DNA of 64,000 nucleotides, from NCBI GenBank assembly GCA_964036045.1, contig OZ038378.1:1612001-1676000 (forward strand), in the 5' to 3' direction. The notes beneath the pieces were generated by a model. It was not told where the DNA came from. It worked only from the letters and a program-made list of their open reading frames with translations, and ran no database searches. The translations under genes were made by a program, and so were the position numbers. The stretch is from Eutreptiella sp. 'Long Island Sound 2002' (Eukaryota; Protista; Euglenida). Within the stretch, counting starts at the first letter, position 1. Every line of letters starts with the position of its first letter. Shown here piece after piece: positions 60,195 through 64,000 of the stretch.

Positions 60195-60576
60195 CTAAGA
60201 CACCCTGTTCTTATTAATGTAAGAGGCCCCGTCTTAGATAATCTAAGACGCCCCGTCTTAGATAATCTAAGACGCCCCGTCTTAGATAATCTAAGACGGG
60301 GCGTCTTAGATTTTCTAAGACGCCCCGTCTTAGATTATCTAAGACGGGGCGTCTTAGATTTTCTAAGACGCCCCGTCTTAGATTTTCTAAAACGCCCCGT
60401 CTTAGATTTTCTAAGACGCCCCGTCTTAGATTATCTAAGACGCCCCGTCTTACGTAATCTAAGACGGATGTAAGACGCATGTAAGACGCATGTAAGACGG
60501 ATGTAAGACGGATGTAAGACGGATGTAAGACGGATGTAAGACGCCTCCAAATCTAAGACGCCCCGTCTTACAACAG
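60195..60576. repeat. Right arm array: 24-bp palindromic units plus 11-bp GTAAGACG(C/G)AT units
   Basis: Same unit types as 56152-56487. Confidence 0.93.
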
Positions 60577-62701
60577 CCCTCCATCGCCCTACCAATGTCC
60601 AGGCACAGGCCCTCACCACCTTTTCTCGGGGCGCAAGCTGGCGAAACAACCTGGAAGCCCTGGGACCCCCTTACCCGCACACACAGCCCCTGGTTTTCGG
60701 GTGCCCCGCCGCACAGTGCACCTGTTGCAACTTTTCACATCATGTGTGGCAGAGAGTATCCTCCAAATTTCACCGTCTGGGGATGACTAGATGTAAAGTC
60801 ACTGCCTACGCTGACAGGCGGACTCCATGGGAACAGTGGCTGCAATTGTGGGCAGTAAGACAGGCGTTCCACCATCACCCACAAAAACCTCCCACTTCCA
60901 CGCACCCGAGAATTGACCTCCACCAACACACAGGTGATACCGAAGCCATGGCACTGGACACAGGCTGCACTACACGGTACACAGCAGCACCAGCAGCGGG
61001 TCTAGAGCCAGTCTCGTACCGCTGGCCCACCCTCTGTTTCTGCAAAACCCGTTCCAAACAATTGTAGGTGCTGTTTCCCGTTGACACACTGGACTATGGA
61101 ACAGTCCCTCAGTACCAACAGCCATGGCCCCCTTGCCCGTTTTGTTGCGGAAGCTCATGTAGGCACCATTGTCGGCTTCGGCTCTCTCTCCTCGCGGCAC
61201 TGTTGCCATCATCCTGCTTTGCCCCTCCCTGCCCCCATGCGAAGCTGTTGAGGACAGGAGGGTGACACCATCTCCGAAAAACAAAACCAAATTTGGACTT
61301 CTGGAGATGAGCATCGGATTCATAGGGTATCTGATGTAACAGTTGCGCACTCTTGGGTGCAATTCATTGAGTCACAGCATCCCAGGTTCAGCAGCTTGTG
61401 CTCTACACGGCACCCCAAGTGTCTCGAGTCGAAATTTGCTCCGAACTGTAGTGGGCATTCAACGGTGGAATTGATGCAGCATCCTCGGCAGGCGCCCTGT
61501 GCCTGTGGCGGGCTGCCGGCTTTGCCGCTGTCAGATCGGTTCATTCCAGAGCAAAGAAGGCCGGAGAGCTCCGGTTTGCAGACTGTGGCGCTGCTCCAAG
61601 AATGTGGGCAGGATATGGAGGGCACAGCTCCCAGGTACTTAGAGGGGAGCCGGAGTCAAGCACAGCCAAACCGAACGATCAGCAGAGTTGACCGAGATCC
61701 CCACATGAAACCTGCATTCTGCACACCCCACTCCCAAAATATTGAGTAGGTCTGCATCTCACCCCCAACGACCCATGCCACCGTTGCATGTCGTGCCAAG
61801 GACCATGACTTGGTGCACAGTTTCTGAAACCCCAGCCCCCGCCTCAAACATGGACATGTGGATATCAAATGTGTGCGAATGTTAATCATTGGGTTGAATG
61901 CCAATTACGGCGGTTTTGCCCTCCCCGGCCCCTTCCAGTGGTTGGTGGAGTGGTGCTGTTGGCGGCGGCGGTGCTGTGGCGGCGGCAGCTGCTACTGCTG
62001 CTAACCAGTGATACGTTCAGCTCATTGGATGGACGACCAACTACATTCCCAATATGGATTCCCCAGCATTTGCGCTGCCTTGACAAGCGTTCCGCATGGG
62101 AAGGGGGTTCAGCCTGGCCAAAGGGCAGGAGAGAAATTACAGGGGCAATCGTCTTGGCCAGGGACGGCAGTCAATTAAGAGGAAGCCCAAAAACCTGCAC
62201 CCCAAAGCAGAGCTTGACCCAAACTTTGGCTCAGAGAAAGGTCAAACTTCAATCAGCAGCCCCCCCCCCCCCAGCCCCTGTCCCCCGGAAAATGATTCCC
62301 TCTCATAACCCGGTTGCGTCCAACGCACTGCTCGTGACCGACCCGAAGGAGCGTGCTCTGGCTCTGTGGATCTGCCACTGGCTGGCGAAGCGTGCTGCAG
62401 CAGCCATGGCATGCCACGTGCCAGGTGCTCCGAGTTCGCCAATGTGTCAGGGCCAGCAGGACTTTTTCTCACTCACAAACAAAAGAAGAAATCGTCGTGG
62501 CCCACCACAAAGTTGACACGCCAACTGCCGGCAACACCAACCACCAGCAACAGTCAGTTGACCGCCAACCGCACGCGGATAACCGCCAGCCGCCCAACTG
62601 CGGGTCTACACTTTCCTGAATGGACAAAGGAAAAGTTTTGTGATATGGAAGCCTCTGTGCTGCGGTAGGGCTGAACAAACGCCCACCCATTTTGCCACTT
62701 G

Positions 62702-62968
62702 TCACATATGCCCCGACGGAAACGTGCAAAGCGGGAAGGATCGCAGGACCTCGCCTTGCCCCTTGAACAGCCTCATCTTCCGCAGCCCCGGGGCATACAC
62801 GTGCAGCGTGATGGCTGGCAGCCCGGTGCAGTTCTTGATGGCATGCACCCCGCGCTCGTTGTTGGTGTAGGCCACCGAGATCATGTCCTCCCCATGGCCC
62901 AGGGTCGTCACTCCAATGGGCTTTAACTTCCCACACCTCCCCACAGCCCCTGTGGGGTTGCTCATCTC
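62702..62968 (-). CDS. Probable last exon of a cysteine dioxygenase-like (cupin) gene; upstream exons not identified in the window
   Basis: The acceptor CTCCCTACCTGCCCCTCAG| precedes EMSNP..LKPIGVTTL..VAYTNNERGVHAIKNCTGLPAITLHVYAPG, resembling the CDO G-x-H-x-x-x-N...S-L-H-L-Y-x-P motif. Stop at 62702; an alternative weak donor is at 62749. Confidence 0.68.
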   Translation of the reverse strand, partial: EMSNPTGAVGRCGKLKPIGVTTLGHGEDMISVAYTNNERGVHAIKNCTGLPAITLHVYAPGLRKMRLFKGQGEVLRSFPLCTFPSGHM

Positions 62969-62994
62969 CTGAGGGGCAGGTAGGGAGCAGGGAC

Positions 62995-63394
62995 CAGACC
63001 TGGAGATAGGGTGTATCCACACTAGCACGGGATACACACTTTTTGTTTTTGGGATACACACTCTAGAACCCTGGGATACACATGTGATACATGCAAGCCA
63101 TGAAAAATGGGGCTGGGGAGCCTGAGCTAGAAGAGGAGTCATCATCCTTTGCAGAGGGAGCTGTAAGATGCGGCTTCAAAGATATTTGCTTCATCGTGTC
63201 TGGGGAAGAGCCGCAAGGGAACGAAGGACTGGGGAACTGAGCACGTAGGACTATAAATGAAGAAAAGGTTGGGATACACATGTGATACACACACTTGAAA
63301 GTTGGGATACACATTGGACACACACTTCTAAAGCCTGGGATACAGTCGGATACAATAATTACAAGTTTTGGGATACACTCCATCTCCAGGACTG
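62995..63394. mobile_element. 400-bp hAT-type MITE with 24-bp TIRs and an 8-bp TSD
   Basis: TIRs CAGACCTGGAGATAGGGTGTATCC / GGATACACTCCATCTCCAGGACTG (21/24 match); TSD GCAGGGAC at 62987-62994 and 63395-63402; subterminal GGGATACAC motifs. Confidence 0.9.
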
Positions 63395-63554
63395 GCAGGG
63401 ACCCTTTGGAGGGGACGGAGTGGGGCTGTGAGACGCAATGGTTTGTGCGCCTTTCCTGGTTTTCCCGCGCGAAAATGATGCCAGTCCGTGACTCAGGCCA
63501 AGTGCCCCCTGGCTAGCGATAGTGCCGTACTTGTATGCATTCCTGCCCCTGGGG

Positions 63555-63909
63555 TAAGGGGGAGGGGGGCCAAGTGGGAGAGCCAAGGGGGAGAGCCAAG
63601 GGGGAGAGCGAAGGGGAAGTGGCAAAGGGGGAGAGCCAAGGGTCGGAGCCAAGGGGGAGAGCCAAGGGGGGGGGGGGGCAAGGGGGAGAGCCAAGGGGGA
63701 GAGCCAAGGGGGGGGGGGGGGGGGGCAAGGGGGAGAGCCAAGGGGGAGAGCCAAGGGGGGGGGGGCAAGGGGGAGAGCCAAGGGGGAGAGCCAAGGGGGG
63801 GGGGCAAGGGGGAGAGCCAAGGGGGAGACCCAAGGGGGGGGGGGGGCAAGGGGGAGAGCCAAGCGGGAGAGCCAAGGGGGAGAGCCAAGGGGGAGGGGCC
63901 GAGGGGGAG
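63555..63909 (+). repeat. G-rich minisatellite (GCCAAGGGGGAGA plus G-run variants), potential G-quadruplex former
   Basis: Repeated CCAAGGGGGAGAG interspersed with long G runs. Confidence 0.9.
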
Positions 63910-64000
63910 GGTGTTCACAAGGGCCTGTGTGGTCCAGTGTTTCAATGGAATGCCCCGTATCACACACCCGCTCACAACAGATGCTGTGCGACACACTGGC

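Larger units (their letters stand above)
56152..60576. mobile_element. 4.4-kb non-coding element with perfect 25-bp TIRs and modular palindromic arms (foldback-like)
   Basis: CTGTTGTAAGACGGGGCGTCTTAGA (56152-56176) is the exact reverse complement of 60552-60576. No TSD and no transposase ORF seen. Confidence 0.62.

Noticed and set aside
60580-62500. Degenerate LINE C-terminal region (CPFC, LWICHW fragments)
   Set aside because: The motifs are too short and scattered to support a call without a search.
63359-63994. Upstream coding exon of the CDO-like gene (in frame once the MITE is removed)
   Set aside because: The translation is low-complexity Pro/Leu from the G-rich repeat and lacks the cupin HxH motif. 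The frame match has a 1-in-3 chance, and a good acceptor exists at 62969.
1-64000. rRNA, tRNA or spliced-leader RNA genes
   Set aside because: No conserved rRNA segments, cloverleaf-compatible A/B boxes or SL exon sequence were recognised by eye; a covariance-model scan would be decisive.

Overview
Repeat-rich eukaryotic DNA. A euglenozoan, probably euglenid-like, origin is my inference from VIPER/TATE-like gag-YR-RT/RH retroelements, TTAGGG-type repeats and a polypyrimidine-AG just upstream of a start codon. No rRNA, tRNA or CRISPR array is recognisable. Main contents in order: (1) a decayed LINE RT at 0.6-2.5 kb. (2) An ~819-bp tandem satellite (~14.5 copies, 5.7-20.5 kb) interrupted by a 2.9-kb gag + tyrosine-recombinase element that has no RT. 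(3) An ~11.7-kb apparently intronless minus-strand gene (34827->23153, ~3,890 aa once two +1 shifts are bridged). It encodes a signal peptide, a huge modular ectodomain (Sushi, P-domain, F5/8C-like, WD40, Cys repeats, MAM, RCC1, mucin stalk), three TM helices and a cytosolic LIM-like/ankyrin-like/WWE/R-S-E ADP-ribosyltransferase tail, i.e. a receptor-type mono-ART. (4) A nested TE cluster at 39.9-46 kb: a pogo-like foldback containing a second YR retroelement, which in turn contains a MITE. (5) A Harbinger-like transposon flanked by an 858-bp direct duplication. (6) A 4.4-kb non-coding TIR element built from palindromic arrays. (7) A cysteine-dioxygenase-like exon next to an hAT MITE whose CAG...CTG ends plus 8-bp TSD match euglenid non-conventional intron geometry. 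Four unrelated elements share 11-bp-phased, same-orientation subterminal motifs. All domain calls are motif recognition by eye; no database search was run.
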